From assembly GCA_050618055.1 (NCBI GenBank), contig JBNLVK010000248.1:5788-69787 (forward strand): 64,000 nt of DNA, in the 5' to 3' direction. Under the pieces are notes generated by a model. That model ran no database searches, had not been told where the DNA came from, and was given only the letters and a program-made list of their open reading frames with translations. Of this stretch, positions 18,632-28,746 are shown piece by piece; position 1 is the stretch's first letter; each line of letters begins with the position of its first letter. The position numbers and the translations under genes were made by a program. Source of the DNA: Myxococcota bacterium (GTDB lineage Bacteria; Myxococcota_A; UBA9160; SMWR01).

Positions 18632-20019
18632 TCGGCGGGCTCGGCGGTGTAGCCCAGCGCCTCGAGCTGGCGGCGCTCCTGTTCGTCGACCGGGCGAAGG
18701 GGCGCCGCCGCCGCGGCCGTGCGCTCGTCGCGCAGCGCCCAGACCCGCTCGCGCAGCGCCGACGCCACGTGGGGGGCCGGCGCCGCCAGGTCGATCGACT
18801 CGTCGCCGCGACGGTGCAGGCGCGACGTCCAGACGCCGCTGCGAAGGGTGAGGATCAGCTTGTAGCCGTCGGCCACGATGCCGAGCCGCCGGTGGGGGTA
18901 GACGGCGAGGGTGGTGAGCAGCGGAACGCTCGCGCCCTGCGCCGCCTCCGGGGCGAGCAGGTCGCGGGTCGCGTCGGGCGAGGTCGGCGGCGCGTCGAGG
19001 AGCGCACCGAGCAGGGTGGGGTGCAGGTCCGCCAGGCGGGCGACGTCGCCGCGGCGCCCGGGCGCCAGGCCCGGCCAGCGCACGAAGAGCGGCACCCGCA
19101 GCAGCGGATCGGTCAGGTCGTTGCCGTGGGCGAACCAGTAGTCGTCTTCGCCCATCGACTCGCCGTGGTCGGCGGCGAACACCAGCCGCTCGCCCAGGCC
19201 CTTCTCGCGCAGCGCGTCGAGCAGGCGACCCAGCTCGCCGTCCAGGTAGGCGATCTCGCCGTCGTAGCCCGCCCGGTAGAAGGCGGCCTCGTCGTGCTCG
19301 TCGATCTGCTGGTAGCGCGGGATGCCGCCCTCGCCGTGGGAGCCGGCACCGGTGGGCAGGCGACGCGGGTCGCGGCTGCGCTCCGCCGCCAGGAAGCGCT
19401 CGCGCCAGCCCGGCGGCGGCGTGTACGGTCCGTGCGGATCCTGGTAGTGGACCCACAGGAAGAGCGGCGCGTCGGCGACCCGGGCGTCGCCCCGCCAGGT
19501 GTCGAGCAGGCGGATCGCCGCGTCGGTGGTGTCGGCGGCGATGCGCTCGGGCCAGCGCCGGATCGCCTCCTCCTGGAGCATGGTGTCGTCGTAGATCTCG
19601 AAGCCCTGGGCCACGTCTTCCCGGCCCCGTAGCACCGCGTTGCTCACCACCGCCGCCGTCTTCCAGCCGCGCTCGGCCAGCGCCTCGGCCAGCGTCAGCG
19701 CCTCGGGCGCCACCTCCGAGCTGTTGATCTGGAGACCCAGCGACAGCGGGTGGAGACCCGTGTGCAGCGACACCAGCGACGGCACCGTGAAGGGCGTAGG
19801 GGCGTAGGCCGCGTCGAAGACCAGGCTCTCGGCGGCCAGCGCGTCCAGGTTCGGGGTGAGGCCGCGCTCGCTGCCGTAGGCGCCCAGGCGATCGGCGCGC
19901 AGCGTGTCGACCGTGATCAGCACCAGCGCCGTCGGCGACGGCTCGTCGGTCGACCCGGGAGCGGAGCAGGCGAGCAGGGCCAGCGCGGCGGCGACGCAGG
20001 CGAGCGGCGCAGTGCGCAT
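18628..20019 (-). CDS. Sulfatase-family (alkaline-phosphatase superfamily) lipoprotein
   Basis: Lipobox MRTAPLACVAAALALLAC. Blocks VLITVDTLRADRLGAYG, TPFTVPSLVSLHTG, FAADHGES. Confidence 0.85.
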   Translation of the reverse strand: MRTAPLACVAAALALLACSAPGSTDEPSPTALVLITVDTLRADRLGAYGSERGLTPNLDALAAESLVFDAAYAPTPFTVPSLVSLHTGLHPLSLGLQINSSEVAPEALTLAEALAERGWKTAAVVSNAVLRGREDVAQGFEIYDDTMLQEEAIRRWPERIAADTTDAAIRLLDTWRGDARVADAPLFLWVHYQDPHGPYTPPPGWRERFLAAERSRDPRRLPTGAGSHGEGGIPRYQQIDEHDEAAFYRAGYDGEIAYLDGELGRLLDALREKGLGERLVFAADHGESMGEDDYWFAHGNDLTDPLLRVPLFVRWPGLAPGRRGDVARLADLHPTLLGALLDAPPTSPDATRDLLAPEAAQGASVPLLTTLAVYPHRRLGIVADGYKLILTLRSGVWTSRLHRRGDESIDLAAPAPHVASALRERVWALRDERTAAAAAPLRPVDEQERRQLEALGYTAEPAE

Positions 20020-20990
20020 CAGGCGCCGTCCCCGGCGAGCCTCTCGAACAGCGCCTCCAGTGCCTCGGCCGTGCGCTCCGGATCGTGGCGCACCAGCGAG
20101 GTGCCCGACATGACCGGAGCGCGCACCACGTGGCGCACCCCGAGCCGGGCGAGCTCGTCCTCGTCGAGCTCCACCGGGTGGGCGGCCTCGGCCTCGTAGC
20201 GTGCGGTCAGCGCCGCCGGGATCTCGCCGCGGTTGGCGAGCACCGCGTCCGGCACGCGACCCGCGTAGCGCGCCAGCTCGGACACGTGGCGCGACGCCGG
20301 GTAGCCGCTGGTCTCCCCGTAGCGGGTCATCAGGTTCAGGATGTAGACGAGCCGCGCCGGCGTGCGGCGCAGCGCGTCGCCGATGCCGTCCACCAGCAGG
20401 TTCGGGATCGACGACGTGTAGAGGTCGCCCGGCGCCAGCACCACGAAGTCGCTGCTGGCGATGGCGTCGAGCGCGTCCGGGTTGGCGCGGGCCGGCGGCT
20501 CCAGGTAGACGCGCTCGATGGGCGCCGCGCTCGGCACGTCGGGCACGCCGATGTTCGCCTCGCCTTCCAGCAGCGTTCCGTCGGCCAGCTCGGCGTAGAG
20601 GTGGGGGTGGTCCCAGGTGACCGGCAGCACGCGCCCGCGCACGTCGAGCAGGCGCGAGAGGGCGTCGATGGCGGCCTTCTCCGAGCCCAGCGTGCGCGTG
20701 AGCGCCAGCACGAACAGGTTGCCGAAGCTCCTTCCCTCGAGCGGCGCCTCCTCGAAGCGGAAGCCGAACAGGTCGCGCAGCAGATCCGATTCGCCGGACA
20801 GCGCGACCAGGCAGCGCCGCAGGTCGCCCGGCGGCAGCAGGCCGAACTCGTCGCGCAGCCGGCCCGAGTCGCCGCCCGAGTCCATCATGGTCACGACCGA
20901 GCGGATCTCGAGGTCGGGCCGACGCCGCAGGCCGGAGAGCACGTGGAAGGATCCGGTGCCCCCGCCGATCACCGTGACCGCGCGCTTCAC
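20019..20990 (-). CDS. YvcK / CofD-like (UPF0052, 2-phospho-L-lactate transferase fold) protein
   Basis: VTVIGGGTGSFHVLSGL, MMDSGGDSGRLRDEFGLLPPGDLR, GPGDLYTSSIPNLLV. Confidence 0.85.
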   Translation of the reverse strand: MKRAVTVIGGGTGSFHVLSGLRRRPDLEIRSVVTMMDSGGDSGRLRDEFGLLPPGDLRRCLVALSGESDLLRDLFGFRFEEAPLEGRSFGNLFVLALTRTLGSEKAAIDALSRLLDVRGRVLPVTWDHPHLYAELADGTLLEGEANIGVPDVPSAAPIERVYLEPPARANPDALDAIASSDFVVLAPGDLYTSSIPNLLVDGIGDALRRTPARLVYILNLMTRYGETSGYPASRHVSELARYAGRVPDAVLANRGEIPAALTARYEAEAAHPVELDEDELARLGVRHVVRAPVMSGTSLVRHDPERTAEALEALFERLAGDGA

Positions 20991-20996
20991 GGACGT

Positions 20997-23180
20997 CTAG
21001 CCGGTGGCCCAGTCCGCCAGCTCGGGCAGCAGCCGGGCTTCGGGAAGCTCCGCGCGCCACTGCTCGCAGAGCCACGCGACCGAGGTCTTGATGGCGGGCA
21101 GGGCGTCGGTGCCGGGGGTCATGGCGCCCACCGCCTCGCCGAGCCAGGCGAGCAGGCCGTCGAGGTCGGCGTGGGTTCCGTCGGAAAGGGCCTGGCGCAG
21201 GGCGGGCACCGTCGCGCTCTCGAACTCGACCTTGCGGTCCAGGTCGACGATGTCGGGCAGCAGCAGCGCCGCGGTTCCCAGCGAGGCGTCGATGCGCCCC
21301 AGCAGGTCGGCATAGATCTGCCGGGCGATCTCGTCGGCGCGCGCGCGGACGGCGCCCAGCAGGGCGGCCCCGCGCTCGGAGGGCGGCGCGTCGGCGGGCA
21401 GCAGCTGGCAGTAGAGCTTGAGCTTGGGCTCGGTGCCCGACGGCCGGATCGTCACCACGAATGCGTCGGTGGTGATCTGGATGACGTTGCGCGGCAGCCG
21501 GTCCGACGCGCTCACGAACGGGCCGAACTCCTTCTCGTCCCAGAAGTCGAGGACCTGGCGCACCGGCTCGCCCGCGACCGTGGTGGGCGGGCTCTCGCGC
21601 AGCGACTCCATGATCCGGTCCTTCTTCAGGATGCCCTCGGCGCCGAGCATGACGATGGAGCGGTTCACGTTGTCGTAGCTGCCCAGCCGCTCGAGGATGC
21701 CCACGTAGTAGTCGAGCAGCGTGCGGCCGCGTGCGCTCTCGCGCTGGTGCAGGGCCGCCAGGTACATGCAGGCCGGCGACGCATCCTTGTCGCGGATGCC
21801 CGGCAGCATGATCACGCCGTGGCTCTCCTCGGCGGCCAGGACCAGGCGGTCGGTGGGGACGCGGACGCCGCGGTAGTCCTCGCCGCGGTCCAGGCGCTTC
21901 AGCACGTCGGCCACGTACTTGAAGCCGACCAGCAGGTCGTCGATCACCACCGAGTCGCCGGCCTCCTCGACCACGCGGCCCAGCATCTTGGTGGTGACCA
22001 GCGTCTCGATCACCAGTCCCTTCCGCTGCGGACCCTCCGGGTCGAGCATCAGGTAGTAGGCCAGGATCGCCGCGATCTGGTTGCCGTCGAAGTGGAACCA
22101 GCTGCCGTCGGCCAGCCGGATCTCCAGGCCCACCCGGTCGGCGTCCGGATCGCTCGACAGCACGATGGTGGAGTCCTGGGTCTCGGCGTAGGCGCGGGCC
22201 GGGGCGGTCGCCTGGGCCACCTCCGGGTTGGGCGCGCGGAAGGGGATGGCCGCGAAGCTGCCGTCGGGCCGCTCGTCGTCGGGCACGCGCAGCGGAAAGC
22301 CCAGCCGCTCGAGCACGGCGCCCGCCGTGTTGAGCCCCACGCCGCACAGCGGCGTGAAGGTGATGGGGTCGTCGGTGGGCGTGTGGATGCCGCCGTAGAG
22401 CTTCTCGTAGAGGTCGACGTAGGTCTTGTGGCAGTGCTCCGGCACCGCCTTGACCAGCCCCTTCGACAGGGCGTCGGCGAAGGGCAAGGAGCTCACCTCG
22501 GTGGCGTTCTCCATCACGTCGATCAGCGCCTGGTCGTCCGGTGCGATGGGCTGGCTGCCGAAGCCGTCGTAGGTCTTCACGCCGTTGTCGTCCGGCGGGT
22601 TGTGGGAGGCGGAGAGGTTGATGCCGCCCAGCGCCTCGAGCTCGGCGATCAGGAAGGAGAGCTCCGGCGTGGCGAGCACCGAGGCGTCGTCCTCGGGGCT
22701 CGAGGTCCAGGCGGTGATGCCGTTGCCCGCGTAGATCTCGCAGGCCAGCCGCGCCAGCGACCGGGACGACACGCCCAGCAGCGGGTGGTCCCCGCCCAGG
22801 AAGCCGTAGGTGCCGGCCATGTCGCGGAACACACGCACGTCGTTGGCCACCACCACCTGCAGGTCGTCGCGGTCCGGATGGGCGGTCTTCAGGTAGTTGC
22901 AGTGGCCCTGGACCGTCATGGCGACGGTCGTCTCGTTCATGCGGTTGCTGCCGTAGCCCACGCGGCCGCGCCGCCCACCGGTGCCGAAGGGCAGCACCTG
23001 CCAGAAGGCGTCGAACAAGAGGTCCAGGTGGTCCGTGCCCAGGTGGCGTTCCAGGGTCTCCGGGTGGGCGTAGGGCAGGTCGCCCGAAATCCACTGGCGC
23101 AGGCGGCGGGCGGCGTCGTCGCCGCCGTCGCCGTAGCGCTCGCGCAGCGCGTCGCAGGTCCTGTCGAGTGCTTGGCTCAT
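20997..23180 (-). CDS. Alpha-D-phosphohexomutase family protein (long phosphoglucomutase/phosphomannomutase-like form)
   Basis: Phosphoserine loop NLSASHNPPDDNG, metal loop SSDPDADRVG, sugar loop AAEESHGV. Confidence 0.85.
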   Translation of the reverse strand: MSQALDRTCDALRERYGDGGDDAARRLRQWISGDLPYAHPETLERHLGTDHLDLLFDAFWQVLPFGTGGRRGRVGYGSNRMNETTVAMTVQGHCNYLKTAHPDRDDLQVVVANDVRVFRDMAGTYGFLGGDHPLLGVSSRSLARLACEIYAGNGITAWTSSPEDDASVLATPELSFLIAELEALGGINLSASHNPPDDNGVKTYDGFGSQPIAPDDQALIDVMENATEVSSLPFADALSKGLVKAVPEHCHKTYVDLYEKLYGGIHTPTDDPITFTPLCGVGLNTAGAVLERLGFPLRVPDDERPDGSFAAIPFRAPNPEVAQATAPARAYAETQDSTIVLSSDPDADRVGLEIRLADGSWFHFDGNQIAAILAYYLMLDPEGPQRKGLVIETLVTTKMLGRVVEEAGDSVVIDDLLVGFKYVADVLKRLDRGEDYRGVRVPTDRLVLAAEESHGVIMLPGIRDKDASPACMYLAALHQRESARGRTLLDYYVGILERLGSYDNVNRSIVMLGAEGILKKDRIMESLRESPPTTVAGEPVRQVLDFWDEKEFGPFVSASDRLPRNVIQITTDAFVVTIRPSGTEPKLKLYCQLLPADAPPSERGAALLGAVRARADEIARQIYADLLGRIDASLGTAALLLPDIVDLDRKVEFESATVPALRQALSDGTHADLDGLLAWLGEAVGAMTPGTDALPAIKTSVAWLCEQWRAELPEARLLPELADWATG

Positions 23181-23207
23181 TCGCTTCCGATGGCTTGGGG
23201 TGGTCGT

Positions 23208-24284
23208 CTAGCGCAGGCCGAGGCGCTCGCGCTGGTAGGAGCCGCTCTGGACCGCCTCGCACCAGGCGCGGTGGGCCAGGTACCAGGCGACCGTCTCGGC
23301 GAGACCGGTCTCCAGGTCGTGGGCGGGCTCCCAGCCGAGGTCGCGCCGGGCGCGGCTGGCGTCGATGGCGTAGCGCCGGTCGTGGCCGGGACGGTCGTCG
23401 ACGAAGGTCTTGAGCTCGGCGTAGCCGTCGACGCCCGCGCGCTGGAGCGCCTCGTTCTCGCGGGCCGGAAGCCGGCGCTCGAGCTCGGCGCACAGCGCGT
23501 CCACGATCTCCAGGTTGGTGCGCTCGGCGTTGCCGCCCAGGTTGTACTTCTCGCCGGGGGCGCCCTCGCGCAGCGCGCGCATCACGCCGGCGCAGTGGTC
23601 CTCGACGTAGATCCAGTCGCGCACGTTGCCGCCGTCGCCGTAGATCGGCAGCGGCTTGCCCTCCACCGCGTTCAGGATCATCAGCGGGATCAGCTTCTCC
23701 GGGAACTGGTAGGGCCCGTAGTTGTTGGAGCAGTTGGTGATGAGCGTCGGCAGGCCGTAGGTCTCGTGGTAGGCGCGGACCAGGTGGTCGGCGCCAGCCT
23801 TCGAGGCGGAGTAGGGCGAGTTGGGCTCGTAGGGGGTGGTCTCGGAGAAGGCGCCGGTCTCGCCCAGGCTGCCGTAGACCTCGTCGGTCGAGACGTGCAG
23901 CAGGCGGAAACGCTGCTTCTGGGCGTCGGAGAGCGAGGCCAGGTGGCGGCGGCACGCCTCCAGCACCTCGAAGGTGCCGGTCACGTTGGTGTGGATGAAG
24001 GCGGCCGGCCCGTCGATCGAGCGGTCGACGTGGGTCTCGGCGGCGAAGTTCAGCAGGGCCTGGGGCCGGTGGGCCGCCAGCGTCGCGTCGAGCCGGGTCG
24101 GATCGGCGATGTCGCCCTCGACGAACACGAAGTTCGCGTCGTCCGCCACGTCTTCCAGGCTCTTCAGGTTGCCGGCGTAGGTGAGCTTGTCGTAGACGAC
24201 GACGCGCACGCCGTCGGCCAGGGCCATGCGGACGAAGTTGCTGCCGATGAAGCCGGCGCCGCCGGTGACGATCCAGGTGTCCAT
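23208..24284 (-). CDS. rfbB: dTDP-glucose 4,6-dehydratase
   Basis: VTGGAGFIGSNF, YSASKAGADHLVRAY, NCSNNYGPYQFPEKLIPL. Full-length colinear SDR-extended architecture. Confidence 0.95.
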   Translation of the reverse strand: MDTWIVTGGAGFIGSNFVRMALADGVRVVVYDKLTYAGNLKSLEDVADDANFVFVEGDIADPTRLDATLAAHRPQALLNFAAETHVDRSIDGPAAFIHTNVTGTFEVLEACRRHLASLSDAQKQRFRLLHVSTDEVYGSLGETGAFSETTPYEPNSPYSASKAGADHLVRAYHETYGLPTLITNCSNNYGPYQFPEKLIPLMILNAVEGKPLPIYGDGGNVRDWIYVEDHCAGVMRALREGAPGEKYNLGGNAERTNLEIVDALCAELERRLPARENEALQRAGVDGYAELKTFVDDRPGHDRRYAIDASRARRDLGWEPAHDLETGLAETVAWYLAHRAWCEAVQSGSYQRERLGLR

Positions 24285-24287
24285 CTT

Positions 24288-25217
24288 CTAGACGTAGTTG
24301 CCGGCCTTGGGCATGGAGAGGCGGCTGTTGGCCTGCTTGTAGCGGGCGACTTCGTCGCGCAGGTCGCGGGTGGAGACCGGCGTCGACGTCTCGCCGGCCG
24401 CCTCGCAGCGGGCTTTGCGGCGGAGGGTCGCGTGCAGGATGTGCACCCAGTCGCCGGGCGCCGGGTGGTGGAAGTCGTGGGTGGCGGCGCGCCAGTCGAT
24501 CTCCTCGAACAGCGGACGACCCGCCCGCTTCTCGGCCGCGGCTGCGTGGATGCGCAGCGCCTCGATGATGTCGTCCGGGAAGATGGGCGTCACCTCGACC
24601 ACCCGCTCCAGGCGGCCCGGCTGGGCGAAGGCCTGGCGCAGCGTGTCCGGGTGCGCCGTCGACCCGACCACCAGCACGTTGTCGAGCGCGATGGTGCGGT
24701 CGAGCAGGTCGAGCAGGAAGTCCATCACCGGACCGACCGGCTGGTCGGGCCGCCGCGCGCCGATCTCCTCGGCCTGCGAGAACTCGAGCTCGTTGAAGAA
24801 GACGGTGACCGGCGGCATCTCGGAGAGCGTGTCGGACCAGGCGGTCACCAGGTCGCCCACCTTGCCGCCGCGGTGGATGACCTCGAGCACCAGGCGCGGG
24901 ACGGTCACGCCCAGGAAGCCGGTCTCGGTGCGCGCGGCCAGCGAGCGGGCCAGCAGCCGCTTGCCCACGCTGCGCCCGCCGATCAGCAGCAGTCCCGAGG
25001 GCGGATGGGTTCCCCAGCGCGCGTACACGTCCGGATCGGTGGCCGCGCAGGCGTAGGTCTGGATCTCGTCCTTGGCCGAGGTGAGCCCGCCGATCTCCGA
25101 CAGGTCCATGTCCGGCATCGGCTCGAGCGCGGTGGCCTGCTCGATCGGCGCGAACTTGCGCGCGAAGCTGGTCCAGAGGTTCTGGGCCCGTTCGCGGCGG
25201 ACGTGGCGGTCTTCCAT
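24288..25217 (-). CDS. AAA+ ATPase-like protein with degenerate catalytic motifs (probable pseudo-ATPase)
   Basis: Colinear with classic FtsH/Cdc48-type AAA modules, but Walker A reads GGRSVGKR (vs GPPGTGKT) and Walker B reads VFFNELE (vs IFIDEID). The sensor-1 position reads GSTA (vs ATN). The Arg-finger region QPGRLERVV is retained. Confidence 0.7.
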   Translation of the reverse strand: MEDRHVRRERAQNLWTSFARKFAPIEQATALEPMPDMDLSEIGGLTSAKDEIQTYACAATDPDVYARWGTHPPSGLLLIGGRSVGKRLLARSLAARTETGFLGVTVPRLVLEVIHRGGKVGDLVTAWSDTLSEMPPVTVFFNELEFSQAEEIGARRPDQPVGPVMDFLLDLLDRTIALDNVLVVGSTAHPDTLRQAFAQPGRLERVVEVTPIFPDDIIEALRIHAAAAEKRAGRPLFEEIDWRAATHDFHHPAPGDWVHILHATLRRKARCEAAGETSTPVSTRDLRDEVARYKQANSRLSMPKAGNYV

Positions 25218-25290
25218 GGTGAGGCATTCTAGCCCGATGGGGTGGGCTCGGCCCCGCCGATCGGGTCGCCGAGCCGACAGCCGCGCCGTG

Positions 25291-26778
25291 CTAGCTCGTG
25301 GCGGCCCCGGAGGAGAAGAGATCGGCGATCTTGCCGTCCACCGAGGCGGGGCGCGCGCGGCCGCGGGACCAGTCCCGCAGCTCCTTGATGCGCTCCTCGT
25401 AGGTCTCGTAGATCGGGACCGTCTCCTCGATGGCGCGGATCAGGTCGGCGTCGGTGACCTCGCGACCGGCCGAGAAGGCGCCGTAGAGCGCGGCGGTCAC
25501 CACCTGCTCGAGCTCGGCGCCGGTGAGCCGCTCGGACGCCAGCGACAGCTGCTCCAGGTCGAACTGGAGCGGATCGCGGCCGTGGCGGGCCAGGTGGATC
25601 GACAGCACCTCGGCGCGCTCGGCCTGGGTGGGCAGGTCGACGAAGAACAGGTCGTCGAAGCGGCCGCGGCGCAGCAGCTCCGGCGGGAGCCCGGCCACGT
25701 CGTTGGCCGTCGCCACCACGAACACCGGCGCCTGCTTCTCGGCCAGCCAGGTGAGGAAGGATCCCAGCACACGGGTGGCGGTGGTGTCCTCGGAGCTGGC
25801 GGCGAAGCCCTTCTCGATCTCGTCGATCCACAGCACGGCCGGCGCCACCGACTCGGCCACCTGCATCGCCTCGCGCAGCAGCGCCTCGGGGCGGGCGCCG
25901 CTGCCGCCGAAGGCGGAGGCCAGGTCGAGGCGCAGCAGCGGGAAGTGCCACTCTCGCGCCACCGCCTTGGCGGAGAGCGACTTTCCGCAGCCCTGCACGC
26001 CCAGTAGCAGCAGGCCGCGGGGCAGCGGCACGCCGAAGCGGCGTGCGTCGTCGGAGAAGGCGCGGCGGCGTTCTGCCAGCCAGCGCTTCAGCTCGCCCAG
26101 GCCGCCCACGTCCTGGAGCTCGGTGTCGTCGTCGTGGAAGGTGAGGGCGGGGGTGCGGCGCAGGGCGTGGCGCTTGTCGCGCACGATCTGCTGCACCGCC
26201 TCCTTGTCGAGGGCGCCCGACTGGCGCAGCGCCCGCCGCAGCATGCGCGTGGCCTCGGATCCGGTGAGCCCCAGCGCGCCGCGCACCGCCAGCGACAGCA
26301 CCTCCTCGTCGACCGGCAGCTTCATCTGCTCGGTGACCCGGCGGAACAGGCGGTCCATCTCCGGCGCGTTGGGCAGCGGCAGGCTCACGCGCCCGACCTC
26401 GCGCACCAGCTCCATGGGCAGGTCGAAGGCCGGACCCACCAGCACGATGCACTGGCGCCGCGACGCCAGCGTCGGCAGCAGGTCGCGCAGGCGGCGCACC
26501 GCGATCGGATCCTCCAGCACCCGGTGGGCGTCGAGCATCACGAACACGGCGGGATCGTCCCGCTCCTCGATGGCCTGGAGGCCGGCGTCGAGGGATCCGT
26601 GGCCCTCGCCGCTGCTGCCCAGGCCGAGCGCCACCGACCAGGTCGTGCACGGGCGCTCCAGCGCCTCGGCCACCCGCTCGAGCAGCGACACGGCGCGCTC
26701 CTCCTCGAAGGTCTCCAGGGCCAGCAGGCGCCAGCCGGCGCGGATCAGCGCGCGAAGCTCTTCGGCGGGGGGCGTCAT
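25291..26778 (-). CDS. Ycf46-like AAA+ ATPase (N-terminal regulatory domain + one intact AAA module)
   Basis: ATG 26778 overlaps the GspE stop (ATGA). Walker [19 protein letters not shown], Walker [12 protein letters not shown], sensor/Arg finger [30 protein letters not shown]. Overall pattern resembles the cyanobacterial/plastid Ycf46 family. Confidence 0.85.
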   Translation of the reverse strand: MTPPAEELRALIRAGWRLLALETFEEERAVSLLERVAEALERPCTTWSVALGLGSSGEGHGSLDAGLQAIEERDDPAVFVMLDAHRVLEDPIAVRRLRDLLPTLASRRQCIVLVGPAFDLPMELVREVGRVSLPLPNAPEMDRLFRRVTEQMKLPVDEEVLSLAVRGALGLTGSEATRMLRRALRQSGALDKEAVQQIVRDKRHALRRTPALTFHDDDTELQDVGGLGELKRWLAERRRAFSDDARRFGVPLPRGLLLLGVQGCGKSLSAKAVAREWHFPLLRLDLASAFGGSGARPEALLREAMQVAESVAPAVLWIDEIEKGFAASSEDTTATRVLGSFLTWLAEKQAPVFVVATANDVAGLPPELLRRGRFDDLFFVDLPTQAERAEVLSIHLARHGRDPLQFDLEQLSLASERLTGAELEQVVTAALYGAFSAGREVTDADLIRAIEETVPIYETYEERIKELRDWSRGRARPASVDGKIADLFSSGAATS

Positions 26779-28646
26779 TCGGTGTCCGCCGTCACGCGGG
26801 CCACCTCTTCGAAGGTGGTGACGCCGTCTGCCAGCTTGCGCAGGGCCGCCTCGCGCAGGCTGTCCATGCCCTCGATGCGGCCGGCGTGGTGGATCTCGTT
26901 GGCGTCCTTGCCCTGGTTGATGAGCGTCCGGATGCGGCGGCCCACGTCGAGCATCTCGAACACGCCGCTGCGGCCGTAGAGGCCGGTGTGGCGGCAGTCG
27001 ACGCAGCCCTCGCCCCAGCGGACCACCAGCTGCTCGCGCCGCTCCGCCGGGATCTTGATGCCGAGCGCGGTGACCTGGTCCGGGTTGAGCGTGCCCTCGA
27101 CGCCGCAGCTCGGGCAGATCTTGCGGATCAGCCGCTGGGCGACCACGCCGCGCAGCACGCTGGAGAGCAGGAACGGCTCGACGCCCAGCTCGATCAGGCG
27201 GGCGACGGCGCCGGCCGCGTTGCGCGTGTGCAGGGTCGAGAACACCAGGTGGCCGGTGAGCGCCGCCTGCACCGCCATGTTGGCGGTGTCGCCGTCGCGC
27301 ACCTCGCCCACCATGATGATGTCCGGGTCCTGGCGCAGGATCGTGCGCAGGGCCGTGGCGAAGGTGACGTCGATCTGCGGGTTCACCTGCACCTGGCAGA
27401 AGCGCGGGTCCACCATTTCGATCGGATCTTCGACGGTGGTGATGTTGATCTCGGGGCCGGACAGGTAGCGGAGGGTCGAGTAGAGCGTGGTCGTCTTGCC
27501 GGATCCGGTGGGGCCGGTGACCAGGATCAGCCCGTTCGGACAGGTGATCCACTTCTCGAAGCGCTCGCGCTCGTCGGCGGTGAGGCCCAGGTCCTGGAGG
27601 TCGGTCATCAGCACCGACGGATCGAACACGCGCACGACGATCTTCTCGCCGTAGGCGGTGGCCATGCTCGAGACGCGCAGCTCCACCTCGCCCTGGGCGC
27701 GCTGGGTCTTGATGCGCCCGTCCTGGGGGCGGCGCCGTTCGGCGATGTTCATGCCGGCCAGCACCTTCACCCGCGAGGTGATGGCGCCGTGCACCGGCAG
27801 CGGCACCTGCTCGATGTCGTGCAGGATGCCGTCGATGCGGAAGCGCACCACCGCGTCGTCGGCCCGCGGCTCCAGGTGGATGTCGCTGGCGCGCTGCTCG
27901 AAGGCGTAGTTCAGCAGGTAGTCGACCGCGGCGACCACGTGCTCGTCGTTCTGGCTGGCGGCCAGCTCGTCGCTGCTGCGCAGCTCGACCATCTGCACCA
28001 GGCGGCCGTGCTGCTGCGAGGCGCCCAGGCGCTCCTCGGCCCGGTCGACCTGGGAGCGGAAGCCGTAGACGCGGTCGATGACCTTGATGATGTCGCTCTT
28101 GGCCGAGACGACCGTGCGGATGGGAGCATCGATCGTCTGGGTGAGCTGCTCGCGGAGCGCCGTGTCGAAGGGGTCGGCGATGGCGAGGACGATGCCGTCC
28201 TTGTCGCGTCCGACCGGGATCACCACGTGGCGCCGCGCGAAGGGACGGGAGAGGGTCTTGGCGACCAGGTCGTTGTCGATCTTCAGCGAGTCGATCTTCA
28301 GGTAGGGCGAGCCGGACGCCTTCCCCAGGGCCTCGGCGATCTTGTCCTCGCCGATCATGCGGCCGTCCGGCGCCTTCAGGTTGGCGGCGGTCACCAGCTC
28401 GGCCGGCGACACGTCGTAGCGGCTGGCGGCCTGCGAGCGCACCGAGCCCACCCGGTCCTTCAGCACGGCACTGCGCAGGGTGGTGGAGCGCGCCTCGATC
28501 TTCCTGGCCTGCTCCGGGGCGAGCAGCTCCTGGCCCACCAGGTGCTCGAGCAGCTCCTCGAGGCCCAGGGCCGGGCGGATCCCGCTGCGTTGGATCTTGG
28601 CGGGCGCAGCGCCCGCGGCCTTCTCTGCCGTCGGATCGTTCTCCAC
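26775..28646 (-). CDS. GspE/PilB-family type II/IV secretion-type ATPase with T2SSE_N (MshEN-like) N-terminal domain
   Basis: GTG 28646 (GGGGA upstream). Walker [13 protein letters not shown], Asp box, Walker [10 protein letters not shown], His box LVFSTLHT, tetracysteine CPSC...CVDC. No PilC/GspF, pilin or secretin gene in the window. Confidence 0.9.
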   Translation of the reverse strand: MENDPTAEKAAGAAPAKIQRSGIRPALGLEELLEHLVGQELLAPEQARKIEARSTTLRSAVLKDRVGSVRSQAASRYDVSPAELVTAANLKAPDGRMIGEDKIAEALGKASGSPYLKIDSLKIDNDLVAKTLSRPFARRHVVIPVGRDKDGIVLAIADPFDTALREQLTQTIDAPIRTVVSAKSDIIKVIDRVYGFRSQVDRAEERLGASQQHGRLVQMVELRSSDELAASQNDEHVVAAVDYLLNYAFEQRASDIHLEPRADDAVVRFRIDGILHDIEQVPLPVHGAITSRVKVLAGMNIAERRRPQDGRIKTQRAQGEVELRVSSMATAYGEKIVVRVFDPSVLMTDLQDLGLTADERERFEKWITCPNGLILVTGPTGSGKTTTLYSTLRYLSGPEINITTVEDPIEMVDPRFCQVQVNPQIDVTFATALRTILRQDPDIIMVGEVRDGDTANMAVQAALTGHLVFSTLHTRNAAGAVARLIELGVEPFLLSSVLRGVVAQRLIRKICPSCGVEGTLNPDQVTALGIKIPAERREQLVVRWGEGCVDCRHTGLYGRSGVFEMLDVGRRIRTLINQGKDANEIHHAGRIEGMDSLREAALRKLADGVTTFEEVARVTADTE

Positions 28647-28746
28647 GTCCCCGTATCGGTCGCACGCGGCCGGATCTCCAGTGGCGCGTGGGGCGTCAGC
28701 AGGGTGTCCGCAGGCTCCAGTATTCCCCGAGTGTTCGACGGCGCGC

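Noticed and set aside
20085-25232. 1715-aa plus-strand ORF spanning five minus-strand genes.
   Set aside because: It runs antisense to the YvcK-like, phosphohexomutase, rfbB and AAA-like genes, all of which have clear family motifs. Its translation is low-complexity (A/G/R/V/D/H-rich) without any domain signature.
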